Part shown: in pieces, positions 22,475-32,558 of the stretch
How the letters are laid out: each line of letters begins with the position of its first letter
Numbering within the stretch: the stretch's first letter is position 1
Source: an uncultured delta proteobacterium
GTDB taxonomy: Bacteria; Myxococcota; Myxococcia; Myxococcales; Myxococcaceae
Reading direction: 5' to 3'
Assembly: GCA_963776345.1 (NCBI GenBank)
Contig: CAVZMH010000015.1
Location: forward strand, 558,837-622,836
DNA: 64,000 nt
Program-made: the position numbers and the translations under genes
Notes under the pieces: model-generated
Databases searched by the model: none
The model's input: the letters and a program-made list of their open reading frames with translations, nothing else
What the model was told of the DNA's origin: nothing

Positions 22475-22809
22475 GACGCCCCTCTCTTGCTGGCCGCGAC
22501 CGGCTCGCACCGGCCCGCTGCGCCGCCCCGCCCGCAGCAGTTCTCGGTGAGGAACGCCACCAGGCCGTTCATCCGGTCGTAGCTGGCCCGGTAGAAGATC
22601 TGCCGGCTCCGTCGCTCCTGCTCGATCAGCCCGGCGTGCACCAGCTGGCTCAGGTGGAACGACAGCGAGGAGCTCGGGACGTCGAGCGCCTCGGCGATCT
22701 CCCCGGCGGAGGCGCCCTCCGGACCACGCTGGACCAGCAGCCGGTAGGCGGCCAGCCGGGTCTCCTGGGCCAGCGCGCCGAGGGAGGCGATGGCGTCGCG
22801 TGCGTTCAT
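22471..22809 (-). CDS. arsR: ArsR/SmtB repressor with C-terminal CC...C site
   Basis: ALAQETRL, LSFHL, FLTENCC. Confidence 0.93.
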   Translation of the reverse strand: MNARDAIASLGALAQETRLAAYRLLVQRGPEGASAGEIAEALDVPSSSLSFHLSQLVHAGLIEQERRSRQIFYRASYDRMNGLVAFLTENCCGRGGAAGRCEPVAASKRGAS

Positions 22810-22828
22810 GTTCGATTCCTCTACGCTT

Positions 22829-22842
22829 CTCGAAATATCGAG
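22829..22842. promoter_or_regulatory. Candidate ArsR operator
   Basis: Palindrome CTCGA-AATA-TCGAG about 20 bp upstream of arsR. Confidence 0.4.
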
Positions 22843-22894
22843 GCAAGCGAAGAGACGCTCGACGAACGTGACTTTCCTTCGTCAGAGCGGACGT

Positions 22895-22921
22895 TTCACT
22901 GCCCCGTCACAGGACCGTCAC
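22895..22921 (+). promoter_or_regulatory. Pho box upstream of pstS
   Basis: TTCAC (22895), GTCAC (22906), GTCAC (22917) with exact 11-bp period. Confidence 0.7.
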
Positions 22922-22996
22922 CGGGGGCTCTTACATCGCCCGCGACCGTTCGACGTCCCACCCCTGGGTCGTCAGACCCGTCGAGGAGCTCTATTC

Positions 22997-24019
22997 ATGA
23001 AGAAGCTGATGATGGGCCTGCTGCTGGTCGCCGCCTCGAGCGCCTCCGCAGACGGCCTGCTGATCAACGGCGCCGGCGCGACCTTTCCTTTCCCGATGTA
23101 TTCCAAGTGGTTCAACGAGTACAACCGGCTTCACCCGGACATCAAGTTCAACTACCAGTCCATCGGCTCGGGCGGCGGGATCAAGCAGTTCACCGACGGC
23201 ACCGTCGACTTCGGCGCCAGCGACGCACCCATGAAGGACGATCAGATCGCCAAGGCCCCTGACGTCGTTCACATCCCCACCGTCCTCGGGGCGGACGTCG
23301 TGGCCTACAACGCGCCCGGGGTGCAGAGCCTCCGTCTCTCGCCGGAGACCCTGGCCAGCGTCTTCCTCGGCAAGATCACCAAGTGGAACGATCCGGCGAT
23401 CGCGGCGGACAACCCCGGGGTCAAGCTTCCCGACCAGAGCATCACCGTCGCTCGCCGGTCCGATGGCTCCGGCACCACCTACATCTTCACCGACTACCTC
23501 TCCAAGGTCTCTCCGGAGTGGAAGAACAAGGTCGGCTCCGGCACCAGCGTGAACTGGCCGGTCGGGCTGGGCGGGAAAGGCAACGAGGGGGTCACCGGGA
23601 TCGTCAAGAGCACGCCCGGCTCCCTCGGCTACGTGGAGCTGATCTACGCCATCCAGCAGAAGCTCTCGGTCGCGGAGATCAAGAACAAGGACGGGAACTG
23701 GATCAAAGCATCGCTCGAGACCACCACCGCGGCGGCGGCCGGGGTCGAGATGCCGGCCGACTTCCGGGTCTCGATCACCAACCCCGGCGGGAAGGACGCC
23801 TATCCGATCTCCGGCTTCACCTACCTCCTGGTCCACAGGGATGCGAAGGACAAGGCCAAGGGGACGGCGATCGTCAACTTCCTGCGCTGGGCGATCACCG
23901 ACGGGCAAAAGCTCGCCACCCCGCTCGACTACGCTCCGCTGCCCAAGCCGGTCCAGGAGCGCGTGCTGAAGACGATCGACACCCTCACCGTGCAGGGCAC
24001 GAAGGTCAGTGCCAAGTAG
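22997..24019 (+). CDS. pstS: Phosphate-binding protein
   Basis: Signal peptide; GAGATFP, YQSIGSGGG, RSDGSGTT, GGKGNEG. Confidence 0.97.
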   Translation: MKKLMMGLLLVAASSASADGLLINGAGATFPFPMYSKWFNEYNRLHPDIKFNYQSIGSGGGIKQFTDGTVDFGASDAPMKDDQIAKAPDVVHIPTVLGADVVAYNAPGVQSLRLSPETLASVFLGKITKWNDPAIAADNPGVKLPDQSITVARRSDGSGTTYIFTDYLSKVSPEWKNKVGSGTSVNWPVGLGGKGNEGVTGIVKSTPGSLGYVELIYAIQQKLSVAEIKNKDGNWIKASLETTTAAAAGVEMPADFRVSITNPGGKDAYPISGFTYLLVHRDAKDKAKGTAIVNFLRWAITDGQKLATPLDYAPLPKPVQERVLKTIDTLTVQGTKVSAK

Positions 24020-25010
24020 GGACGCGGTGATCGACGCTCCGGCCTCCAGTGCTGCAGCGTCCGACGCCCACGCCGGTCACCCGGGGGCCAGGAACCTGGG
24101 TGACCGGTTGTTCAACGGCTCGCTGTGGCTCCTCGGCGCCATGGTCCTGGTGGTGGCCGGGCTGATCGTCCTCAACCTGGTCAGCGTCGCCCGGCCGTTG
24201 GCCAAGGATCACAGCCTCTGGGGCTTCATCACCGACACCCAGTGGGACCCGGTGGAGGACCGGTTCGGGGCCCTGACCTTCCTCTACGGCACGCTCGTCA
24301 CCTCGGCGGTGTCGCTGGTCCTCACCGTCCCGGTGGCGGTCGGGCTCAGCCTCTTCATCACCCAGTTCGCCCCACCGAAGCTCGGCCGCGTCCTGACCAC
24401 GCCCGTCGAGCTCCTCGCCGCCATCCCCTCGGTGGTGTACGGCCTCTGGGGGCTGTTCGTCGTCGTTCCCTGGCTGCGCGAGTCGGTCGAGCCCTGGCTG
24501 GGGAAGCACCTCGGGTGGATTCCCCTCTTCCAGGGCCCCCCGATCGGCCTGGGGTATCTCGCCTCGAGCATGATCCTCGCGGTGATGATCCTCCCCACCA
24601 TCGTCTCGGTCTCGGTGGAGGTGATGAAGACCACCCCCGAGGCGACCCGGGAGGCCGCGCTGGCCCTGGGCGCGACCAAGTGGGAGGCGGTGATGATGGC
24701 CGTCATCCCCTACAGCCGGGCCGGCATCATCGGCGCGGTGCTGCTCGGGCTCGGCCGCGCGCTGGGCGAGACGATGGCGGTCACCATGGTCATCGGCAAC
24801 TCGCCGCAGATCTCCGCCTCGCTCTTCGCCGCCGGCTACACCCTGCCGGCGGTGATCGCCAACGAGTTCGCCGAGGCCACCAGCAGCGTGCACGTGGCGG
24901 CGCTGGCCGGACTGGGACTGATCCTCTTCGGTACCACCTTCCTCCTCAACGCCGGCGCCCGGGCACTGGTCAGCGCGGTCCAGAAGGGTCCGAAGCGGGG
25001 CTCGGGATGA
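24009..25010 (+). CDS. pstC: Phosphate ABC permease
   Basis: [29 protein letters not shown]. Confidence 0.96.
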   Translation: MPSRDAVIDAPASSAAASDAHAGHPGARNLGDRLFNGSLWLLGAMVLVVAGLIVLNLVSVARPLAKDHSLWGFITDTQWDPVEDRFGALTFLYGTLVTSAVSLVLTVPVAVGLSLFITQFAPPKLGRVLTTPVELLAAIPSVVYGLWGLFVVVPWLRESVEPWLGKHLGWIPLFQGPPIGLGYLASSMILAVMILPTIVSVSVEVMKTTPEATREAALALGATKWEAVMMAVIPYSRAGIIGAVLLGLGRALGETMAVTMVIGNSPQISASLFAAGYTLPAVIANEFAEATSSVHVAALAGLGLILFGTTFLLNAGARALVSAVQKGPKRGSG

Positions 25011-25861
25011 ACCTCCACGCCTCCTTCACCTACCGGAAGGTGGTGGACCGGGGCATGGCCGCGGTGTGCGCGGTCTGCTTCGCCGCGGCCTTCCTCCCGC
25101 TGATCTCGGTGCTCTGGCTGGTGATCAGCAAGGGCGCCGCTGGGCTCTCGCTGGCCTTCTTCACCGAGCTGCCCAAGCCGGTGGGCGAGGCGGGGGGTGG
25201 AGTCGGGAACGCCCTGATCGGGACCCTGTTCATGGTCGGGCTGGCCTGTGTCATCGGCCTGCCGCTGGGAGTCGGGGCCGGGGTGTTCCTGGCGGAGAAG
25301 GGCGACGGAACGGTGGGCAGCACCGTCCGCTTCATGGCGGAGGTGCTCTCCGGCGTCCCCTCGATCGTGGTGGGAATCGTCGCCTACGCCCTGGTGGTGA
25401 TCCCGATGGGCCACTTCTCGGCCCTCGCCGGAGCGGTGGCGCTGGCGATCCTGATGATTCCCACCCTCGCCCGGGCGACCGAGGAGCTGGTGAGGGTCGT
25501 CCCGGCCTCGCTCCGCGAGGCTTCCCTGGCCCTCGGGGTGCCCAACTGGAAGACCAGCGTCCGGGTGGTCCTCCGCACCGCGATGAGCGGGATCGTCACC
25601 GCGTGCCTGCTTGCCGTTTCCCGCGCGGCGGGGGAAACCGCGCCCCTGCTCTTCACCGCCCTGAACAACCAGTACTGGAACACCGACCCCCGCGCACCGA
25701 CGGCGTCCTTGACCGTGGCCATCTTCAACTATGCGATCAGCCCTTACGACGACTGGCACGCCAAGGCGTGGACGGCGGCGCTGGTGCTCCTGATCGTGGT
25801 GGCCGTCCTCAACATCGCCTCCCGGGTGTTGACCCGGAACCGCCTGAAGGGCGCCCGATGA
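25007..25861 (+). CDS. pstA: Phosphate ABC permease
   Basis: [24 protein letters not shown]. Confidence 0.96.
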   Translation: MNLHASFTYRKVVDRGMAAVCAVCFAAAFLPLISVLWLVISKGAAGLSLAFFTELPKPVGEAGGGVGNALIGTLFMVGLACVIGLPLGVGAGVFLAEKGDGTVGSTVRFMAEVLSGVPSIVVGIVAYALVVIPMGHFSALAGAVALAILMIPTLARATEELVRVVPASLREASLALGVPNWKTSVRVVLRTAMSGIVTACLLAVSRAAGETAPLLFTALNNQYWNTDPRAPTASLTVAIFNYAISPYDDWHAKAWTAALVLLIVVAVLNIASRVLTRNRLKGAR

Positions 25862-26712
25862 TCCCTGCTCCTGCGGCCCAAGCCATGACCTCGGAGAAGC
25901 TCGCGGCCTCCCCGGGGCCGCAGAAGTCGCCACACCCGCCCGCGGTGACGGGCGCAGAGACGCCTCCCAAGGTCGAGGTGCAGGACCTCAACGTCTACTT
26001 CCGGAAGAACCACGCCATCCGGCACGTCTCGCTCAAGGTGCAGCCGCAGACGGTCCTCGCGGTCATCGGACCATCCGGCTGCGGCAAGTCGACCTTCATC
26101 CGGGCGCTCAACCGGATGCACGACCTGGTCCCCGGCGCCCGGGTGGAGGGCAAGGTCTTCATCGACGGGATGGACCTCTACGCCCGGGGCGTCGACCCGG
26201 TGCTCCTCCGCCGCCGGGTGGGGATGGTCTTCCAGAGGCCCAACCCGTTCCCCACCATGTCCATCTACGAGAACGTGGCGGCGGGGCTCACCTTGAACGG
26301 CATCGGCGGGAACCACCAGGAGATCGTCGAGCACTGCCTGCGTCAGGCCGCGCTGTGGGACGAGGTGAAGGACCGGCTGAAGCACGCCGGGACCTCGCTC
26401 TCCGGCGGCCAGCAGCAGCGGCTCTGCATCGCCCGCGCGCTGGCGGTGGAGCCCGAGGTGCTCCTGATGGACGAGCCGGCCTCGGCACTGGATCCGATCG
26501 CCACCGCGAAGATCGAGGAGCTGATCCACGAGCTGAAGGAGAAGTACACCATCATCATCGTGACCCACTCCATGCAGCAGGCCGCCCGCGTCTCGGACAA
26601 CACCGCCTTCTTCTACCTGGGCGAGCTGATCGAGATGGGACCCACCGCCCAGATCTTCACCAACCCGCGCGAGCGACGGACGGAGGACTATGTCACCGGC
26701 AAGTTCGGGTAG
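25858..26712 (+). CDS. pstB: Phosphate ABC ATPase
   Basis: [34 protein letters not shown]. Confidence 0.97.
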   Translation: MIPAPAAQAMTSEKLAASPGPQKSPHPPAVTGAETPPKVEVQDLNVYFRKNHAIRHVSLKVQPQTVLAVIGPSGCGKSTFIRALNRMHDLVPGARVEGKVFIDGMDLYARGVDPVLLRRRVGMVFQRPNPFPTMSIYENVAAGLTLNGIGGNHQEIVEHCLRQAALWDEVKDRLKHAGTSLSGGQQQRLCIARALAVEPEVLLMDEPASALDPIATAKIEELIHELKEKYTIIIVTHSMQQAARVSDNTAFFYLGELIEMGPTAQIFTNPRERRTEDYVTGKFG

Positions 26713-26716
26713 ACCG

Positions 26717-27401
26717 ATGAGTTCGCACACCGACAAGGCGTTCGAGTCGGACCTCCGCCTGGTCCGCGAGAAGCTGCTGGCGATGGGGGCGAAGGTCGAG
26801 GAGCAGATCGCCAAGAGCATGCGCTCCCTCACCGACCGGGACTCGGAGCTCGGCGAGCAGGTGAAGGAAGCCGACGTGGAGATCAACCGGCTCGAGGTGG
26901 ACATCGACGAGCTGTGCCGGAAGATCCTCGCCCTGCGCCAGCCCGCGGCCTCGGACCTGCGATCTGATCACCACCGCGCTGAAGATCGTCACCGACCTCG
27001 AGCGCATCGGCGACCTGGCGGTGAACATCGCCGAGCGGGCCATGGACCTGAACCAGGCGCCGCCGCTGGCCGCCTACGTGGACATGCCGCGCCTGGCCGA
27101 GCTGGCCCAGGAGCAGGTGAAGAAGGCGCTCGACTCGTTCGTGCGCGCCGACCCCGAGGAGGCCCAGGAGGTCCTGGCCGGGGATGACCACCTCGACGAC
27201 CTCTTCGTGAAGATCTTCAACGAGCTCCTGGCCTTCATGATGGAGGACTCGCGGAACATCCGCCGGGCCACCTCGCTGGTCTCCATCTGCAAGCACCTGG
27301 AGCGGATCGGCGATCACGCGGTGAACGTGGCGGAGATGGTCATCTACATGGTCCGCGGGACCGACGTCCGGCACCCCCGGAGCCGCGCCGTCGAGAGCTG
27401 A
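26717..27401 (+). CDS. phoU: Phosphate signalling protein PhoU (frameshift near 26960)
   Basis: LALRQPAASDLR followed in another frame by ERIGD and HLERIGDHAVNVAE repeats. Confidence 0.93.
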
Positions 27402-27526
27402 GCCCCGGTCAGCGGTCTGCTCGGTGAGCGTCCGCGGCGCGCGCCGGGCAGGTCCGCTCTGGTGGACGGCCCGCGCAGGCCTTCCCCCGGGGGACGCTGG
27501 CCCGCTGACTGCAGCGGCCGGAACGG

Positions 27527-30442
27527 ATGGGGGCGGGGTGGGTGGCCGCGGGCATCGCAGCGACGTGGCTCGGGGCGGCGGAGCTCCGGGCCCGATCGGT
27601 CGCCGACCGCCCTTCCCCGCCGTCGGCGCGGGCCGTGGCTCCAGGTCGCGCGGGCCCGCGGGGGAGCGCCCGGCCGCACCGCTCGCCCTCGCCGCGGGCT
27701 CGGGACCGGTGGTCGAGGCCACGCCCCTCGGCTCGGTCCACGACGGCGCGGCGTTCGGTCCGGAGCCCGGCTTCGACCGCGGTCCCGGGATCCCTCCGCC
27801 CGGCGCTGATCCCTGCCGGCGCGCGCCCGGTCCGAGCGGTGGAACAGTCCTCTGCCGTGCCTGCGCGCGGCGCGGGTCGCCCGACAGGAGCGACCGAACA
27901 GGTCTCCACCGCGGCGGCGCGCAGCGCGGGTCGCCCGGCGGGAATTGCCGAGCTCGGATCCGCCGCGCAGCCGCCTCAGGCGACGGTGCGCAGCGCGGGT
28001 CGCCCGGCAGGAACGACCGAGGTCGGGGCGGCCGCGCAGCCGGCTCCGGCGGTGGCGCCCGGCATTGGCCTCACGAGCGCCGGGAGCGCGACGCGGAGCG
28101 AGCCGCGCCTGGACGCCCGCCCCGTGCGCCGGGCGGCCAACCGGCCGGACCCCGGGACCCCGTCACAGGACCGGCGCCCCGCGGAGGGCGGCAGGCCCCC
28201 CCATCGAACGCGAGGTGACGGGCGTCACGCGCCGGCCGCGCAGGACGAGCCGCTCGAGCACGAGGCCGGCGCTCCACCCCGCCCACCGCCGCTCCCGTGG
28301 ACGCTGGTGCAGGTACCCGCGTTCGAGCGGGAGATCTCGGTCGATGGGTTCCGGCTCGGGCCGGAGCCGTGGCCGCTCGTCCCACCGGCCCTGGCGCAGA
28401 CACAGCGCGGGTGGATCTCTGCCGCCTCGGACGTGCGCCTCACGGGCCTGGGCTGGACGGAGGAGGTCTCGCTGGAGCACGGGCTCACCACCCCGCGCTG
28501 GGCGGTGTCCGGCCGCTGGGCGCCTCCGGCTCTCTCCGCGCGCCCGGCGGCGGTCGGGCTCGGCGGCCCCGCCGTGGCGGAGGGGCCCGAGGGGGTGGCG
28601 GTCGCCGCCCCGCGCGGCGCCTGGCGGGCCTCGGGACTGCTCGGAGGTCCGCTCGTCCGCGGACGTCTCGGGGCGGTGCTCTCGCTCGAGGCGACCGGGC
28701 TCGGGATGCCCGCGACGGAGCCGGGCCTCGCCACGGGCGGGCGCGCCCGGCAGACCGTCGCCTTCACCACCACCTGGCTCCCCTCGGCCGAGGACCAGCT
28801 CGGCCTGCTCGTCCTCGCGGGCCGGCGGACCGAGTCGCCCGACTGCTTTCGCTGCACCGACGCCGCCGCGCGGCTGGACCGGGAGCTGGCCGTCCTGGCC
28901 GGCCTGTCGTGGAGGCACGCCTTCGCCGCCGGCGCCGGGCTCGAGCTCCGTCTCTCCGCCGAGCAGAGGACCGCCTCGGCCGGGGCGCGCACGCCTCCCC
29001 CGGGGCCGAGCCACCTCGACCTGTCGACGTGGGTGACCGACGGCGCGCCCGGGCCGCTCTGGCCCGACGTCGGGGCGAGCGCGCTCGATGCCTCGCGCAC
29101 CCGCGTCCAGCTCGCGAGCCGCGTCCACTCGGTTCTGGGCGCACAGCGGGTCGAGGGAGGCCTCGAGGCGCGGGTGGAGACCGGCCAGAGCGAGCTGTCG
29201 GTTCCGGAGGGCATGCGCTTCCTCGACCGGGGCGGCCGGTGCGCGGACGGTGAGACGTCCGGCTGCGCGTTTCGCGTCGAGGTCGCCCCGGCCCGGGTCC
29301 AGGCGCGGGGATGGACGCTCGGAGCGCACCTCGAGGACGCGATCCAGCTCGGAGACCTGGGCCTCCGGGTGGGCGTGCGGCTCGATGCCGGGCAGGCCGG
29401 CGCGGGGGACACCTCGACGGGCCTGCGGCTCGGCGTCGGTCCGCGGCTCGCGCTCGGGTGGAACGTCGGCGGGGACGGGCGGCACTGGTTCCTCCTTTAC
29501 GCCGGCCGGAGCCACGACCTCGAGCTCCAGGGCGCCGTCGTCCGGTCCCTGCTTCCGGCGCAGCGCATCGCGTCCTGGAGCGACGGCGGATTCGACGCCT
29601 GCGCGCGCCCGGGGCCGTCCTGCGTGCAGCTCGGCGGACCGGCCGCGCTCGGGCCCGGCGGGCTCCCCCGCTCGGACGAGGTGGCACTCGGCTGGCGGGG
29701 ACGCGTCGCGCCGGGCCTCGAGGGCGGCGTCGAGGCGCGGGCGCGGCACACCACCCAGCTCTGGACGGAGCAGGAGAGCGGGCTCCTCACCGACGAGCGC
29801 GGCCGGTGGCTCAGCGCCGACGGGCAGTGGCGGTCGCGCCGGGTGGTGCGGGCCGACGGCCGGGCCTGGCGGCGCGCGCTCGGGCTCGGCGCGTGGGCCC
29901 GCGCGCATTCGGGGCCGGTGCGTGTCTCCGCCGCGTGGAGCGTGGCCCGCGTCACCGGCACTGCGGCCGGCCCCTTCGACCCCTGGCTCCTCGACGACCG
30001 CACCGCCGCCCTCGCCGCCGGGCCGCTCCCGGACGACCAGCGGCACCGGGTCTGGCTCTCGCTCGCGCTCCGGGTCCACCCCGCCGTCGAGCTCGGGACC
30101 CGGCTGCGCTACGCCACCGGGGCGCCGCTGTGGGAGACCTTCGCGGTGCCCGACTCCGCCGGCCTCCGCACCGTCCGGGCCGCCCGGGGGATGGGGGTGC
30201 TGAGGTCCGGAGCGGTCGCGCTCCGTGACCCGGACGTCTTCGCGGCGGACGCCTGGATCCGCTTCCGGGTGGGGGCGCTGTTCCCGGCCGGAGTCCCGCG
30301 CCTGGACCTGACGGTGGAGGCAGCGCAGGTGGCCGGCGGGAACGCGCCGGTGCACCTCTCGGCGAGCTCGAGCCGCCTTGGCGCAGTGCTCCGACGCGAG
30401 CCGCCATTCCAGCTGGTGCTCGGTGTACGCGCCGGGGACTGA
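27527..30442 (+). CDS. Large outer-membrane beta-barrel, divergent TonB-dependent receptor-like, with low-complexity N-terminus
   Basis: Amphipathic strands (LEDAIQLGDLGLRVGVRLD, GPRLALGW, GPLPDDQRH, FQLVLGVR); no clear plug motif. Confidence 0.55.
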   Translation: MGAGWVAAGIAATWLGAAELRARSVADRPSPPSARAVAPGRAGPRGSARPHRSPSPRARDRWSRPRPSARSTTARRSVRSPASTAVPGSLRPALIPAGARPVRAVEQSSAVPARGAGRPTGATEQVSTAAARSAGRPAGIAELGSAAQPPQATVRSAGRPAGTTEVGAAAQPAPAVAPGIGLTSAGSATRSEPRLDARPVRRAANRPDPGTPSQDRRPAEGGRPPHRTRGDGRHAPAAQDEPLEHEAGAPPRPPPLPWTLVQVPAFEREISVDGFRLGPEPWPLVPPALAQTQRGWISAASDVRLTGLGWTEEVSLEHGLTTPRWAVSGRWAPPALSARPAAVGLGGPAVAEGPEGVAVAAPRGAWRASGLLGGPLVRGRLGAVLSLEATGLGMPATEPGLATGGRARQTVAFTTTWLPSAEDQLGLLVLAGRRTESPDCFRCTDAAARLDRELAVLAGLSWRHAFAAGAGLELRLSAEQRTASAGARTPPPGPSHLDLSTWVTDGAPGPLWPDVGASALDASRTRVQLASRVHSVLGAQRVEGGLEARVETGQSELSVPEGMRFLDRGGRCADGETSGCAFRVEVAPARVQARGWTLGAHLEDAIQLGDLGLRVGVRLDAGQAGAGDTSTGLRLGVGPRLALGWNVGGDGRHWFLLYAGRSHDLELQGAVVRSLLPAQRIASWSDGGFDACARPGPSCVQLGGPAALGPGGLPRSDEVALGWRGRVAPGLEGGVEARARHTTQLWTEQESGLLTDERGRWLSADGQWRSRRVVRADGRAWRRALGLGAWARAHSGPVRVSAAWSVARVTGTAAGPFDPWLLDDRTAALAAGPLPDDQRHRVWLSLALRVHPAVELGTRLRYATGAPLWETFAVPDSAGLRTVRAARGMGVLRSGAVALRDPDVFAADAWIRFRVGALFPAGVPRLDLTVEAAQVAGGNAPVHLSASSSRLGAVLRREPPFQLVLGVRAGD
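27866..28050 (+). repeat. Three degenerate intragenic repeats encoding (R)SAGRPAG units
   Basis: GCGCGGGTCGCCCG(G/A)C core occurs three times. Confidence 0.6.
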
Positions 30443-30561
30443 TCGTGGGCGACGAGCGGTCGTCCGCGGAAATTCACCGGCGCCTGGAACTTGCTCCCGG
30501 CGCGGGCCTCCGACGACAATCGTGTCAATTTCGCGGGCCGGAACGACGAGGGGAACCGACG

Positions 30562-31110
30562 ATGAGGAACGCAGTTCGCTCGCTGGTGGTCTGCCTTGCA
30601 GTGCTCGGCGCGAACGACGCCTTCGCCCAGGCACGCGGCCGCACGGACGGTCCCGAGGGCTCGGAGGTCGGCAAGGGCGGCTACGTCTCCGGGCCGGGCG
30701 GGCTCGGCGGGTTCTCGCTGACCGCGGACGGCGGTGGCGCGATCACCATCAAGGGCCCCCAGTTCAGCCCGCCGCTCTTCGTCGGGCTCACCGCCTCGTA
30801 CTGGAACCAGGAGTTCTACCGGATCGACCTGAGCGGCTTCTACATCCCGGACCCGAAGCTCTGGGGTGTGCTGCTCGGCCCCTCTTTCCACACCACCACC
30901 TGGCCGGTGGCCTTCAGCATCGGCTTCCAGGCCGGTCTGCACATCCCGAACGGCACCCCGGTGAATTTCATCATCTCTCCGCGGGTCGGAATGGACTGGA
31001 TCACCGAGAGCCACTTCCAGCTGGGCATCAACGCCAACTGGGATCTGAACCTCGCCAACTACGACCTCTCCATCGTCCGCATCGGCCTGAGCATCGGCTA
31101 CCGCTTCTGA
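30562..31110 (+). CDS. Small outer-membrane beta-barrel protein
   Basis: Signal peptide, alternating hydrophobic strands, C-terminal GYRF. Confidence 0.75.
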   Translation: MRNAVRSLVVCLAVLGANDAFAQARGRTDGPEGSEVGKGGYVSGPGGLGGFSLTADGGGAITIKGPQFSPPLFVGLTASYWNQEFYRIDLSGFYIPDPKLWGVLLGPSFHTTTWPVAFSIGFQAGLHIPNGTPVNFIISPRVGMDWITESHFQLGINANWDLNLANYDLSIVRIGLSIGYRF

Positions 31111-31129
31111 ACCTCGCACCCGTGATCTG

Positions 31130-31935
31130 ATGCCTGCTTCGCTCCTCCTCCTCGCGCTCCTCGCCCAGTCCCCCCGCCCCCCCAGGGGCTCCCTGACTTC
31201 CCACCCTCCGGCGGGTCGCCGCAGAGCACCGACCTGGCCCAGTGGGACTCGAACAGCCTCCCCCGGGTGTCCGAGCGGAGCGAGCAGGCGCCGCTCACCG
31301 ACGCGGAGGTGACCAAGTTGAGCCAGGCCGGGTTCGGCCCGGACCAGGTGGTGAAGATGATCGAGGAGCGCCGGTGCGCCTGCGACGCCTCGGCCGACGG
31401 GCTGATCCGGTTGAAGATGGCCGGGGTGGACCCCCAGGTCATCTCGGCGGTGTCGCTGCACGCGCTGAAGCCGAACCAGGCCCTGAATCTCGAGGTCACG
31501 CTCGACTTCGCGGGCGAGAGCCAGCGGGCGCGCAACGCCTATCTCTACATCTTCGTGGACGACGGCGATCACACCCGGGTCCTGAGCGCCAACGTCGACG
31601 AGCTTCTGCGCCGCCCCAATGCGCACGAGACCACGGTCGACAACAGCGACTTCCTGATCGCCCGGACGGTGCGGAGGATCGTGCTCCCGGGCCAGCTGAC
31701 GCTGAAGACCTACGGGCGCCACACGGTCCTGGTGGCCAGCTCGGCCAGCCCGAACCTCAGACACCCTTCGCAGCTGAGGGCGCAGGACCGCACCGCAGCA
31801 CAGGTCTATCTCCTGGACTACCCCAGGGCGTCTCTGCAGAGCCTCTGCCGGCTCACCGCTGGATACCGGCGTGACGCCCAGATCGTCGATCGCTGGCGCT
31901 TCCTCGGCAGCCGCTTCGAATGCGAATGGAACTGA
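31130..31935 (+). CDS. Hypothetical secreted protein (frameshift near 31200-31260)
   Basis: Signal peptide in ORF 31130-31312, body in 31267-31935; GC3-rich codons; abuts lpoB. Confidence 0.6.
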
Positions 31936-31937
31936 CC

Positions 31938-32534
31938 ATGACCCGTCTCCGCATCTGTCTGTCCCTCCTCGCTGGCCTCTGGATGGCCTGCTCCACCGAG
32001 CGGGCCTTCACCCGGGGCGAGTACACCGACCCCAACGAGATCGATCTCCTCTCCGACGAGTGGGCCCCGAGCGACCTGCAGCTGATCGCCAAGAAGGTGG
32101 TCAACGACCTCCAGGGCTCGCCGGCCTTCGCCCAGATCCAGGGCCGCCCGGTGGTGGTGGTGGGCAAGCTGAAGAACAGCACCTCCGAGCACATCGACAT
32201 GCAGAGCCTGGCGGACAAGATCCAGACCCAGCTCGCCAACACCGGGAAGTTCGCCTTCACCGACCGGGCGAGCCGTCAGGACGTGGCCGAGGAGTACGAG
32301 TACCAGGGGAGCGGCTACGTGCGGCCGGACCAGGCAAAGGGTCCGGGCCAGCAGATCGCGGCGGACTACATCATGACCGGCGAGCTGGCCTCCATCAAAC
32401 AGCGGGTGGGGAGCGACGAGTTCATCTATTACAAGATGACCTCCAAGCTGACGAACCTCCGCACCGGCATCCTGGAGTGGACGGACGAGAAGGAGCTGAA
32501 GAAGAAGTTCGTCAAGCAGGGGATCCGGCCGTAG
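31938..32534 (+). CDS. LpoB-family lipoprotein (PBP activator-like)
   Basis: Lipobox WMAC; KNSTSEHID; GQQIAADY; L.NLRTG.LEW. Confidence 0.8.
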   Translation: MTRLRICLSLLAGLWMACSTERAFTRGEYTDPNEIDLLSDEWAPSDLQLIAKKVVNDLQGSPAFAQIQGRPVVVVGKLKNSTSEHIDMQSLADKIQTQLANTGKFAFTDRASRQDVAEEYEYQGSGYVRPDQAKGPGQQIAADYIMTGELASIKQRVGSDEFIYYKMTSKLTNLRTGILEWTDEKELKKKFVKQGIRP

Positions 32535-32558
32535 CCCTCCGCGCCGCGCCCCCCTGAC

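Noticed and set aside
18960..22582. Very long ORFs 18960-22085 (-) and 19610-22582 (+)
   Set aside because: Arg/Gly/Pro-rich shadow frames over the MFS and ars genes; only the arsC N-terminus inside one of them is real
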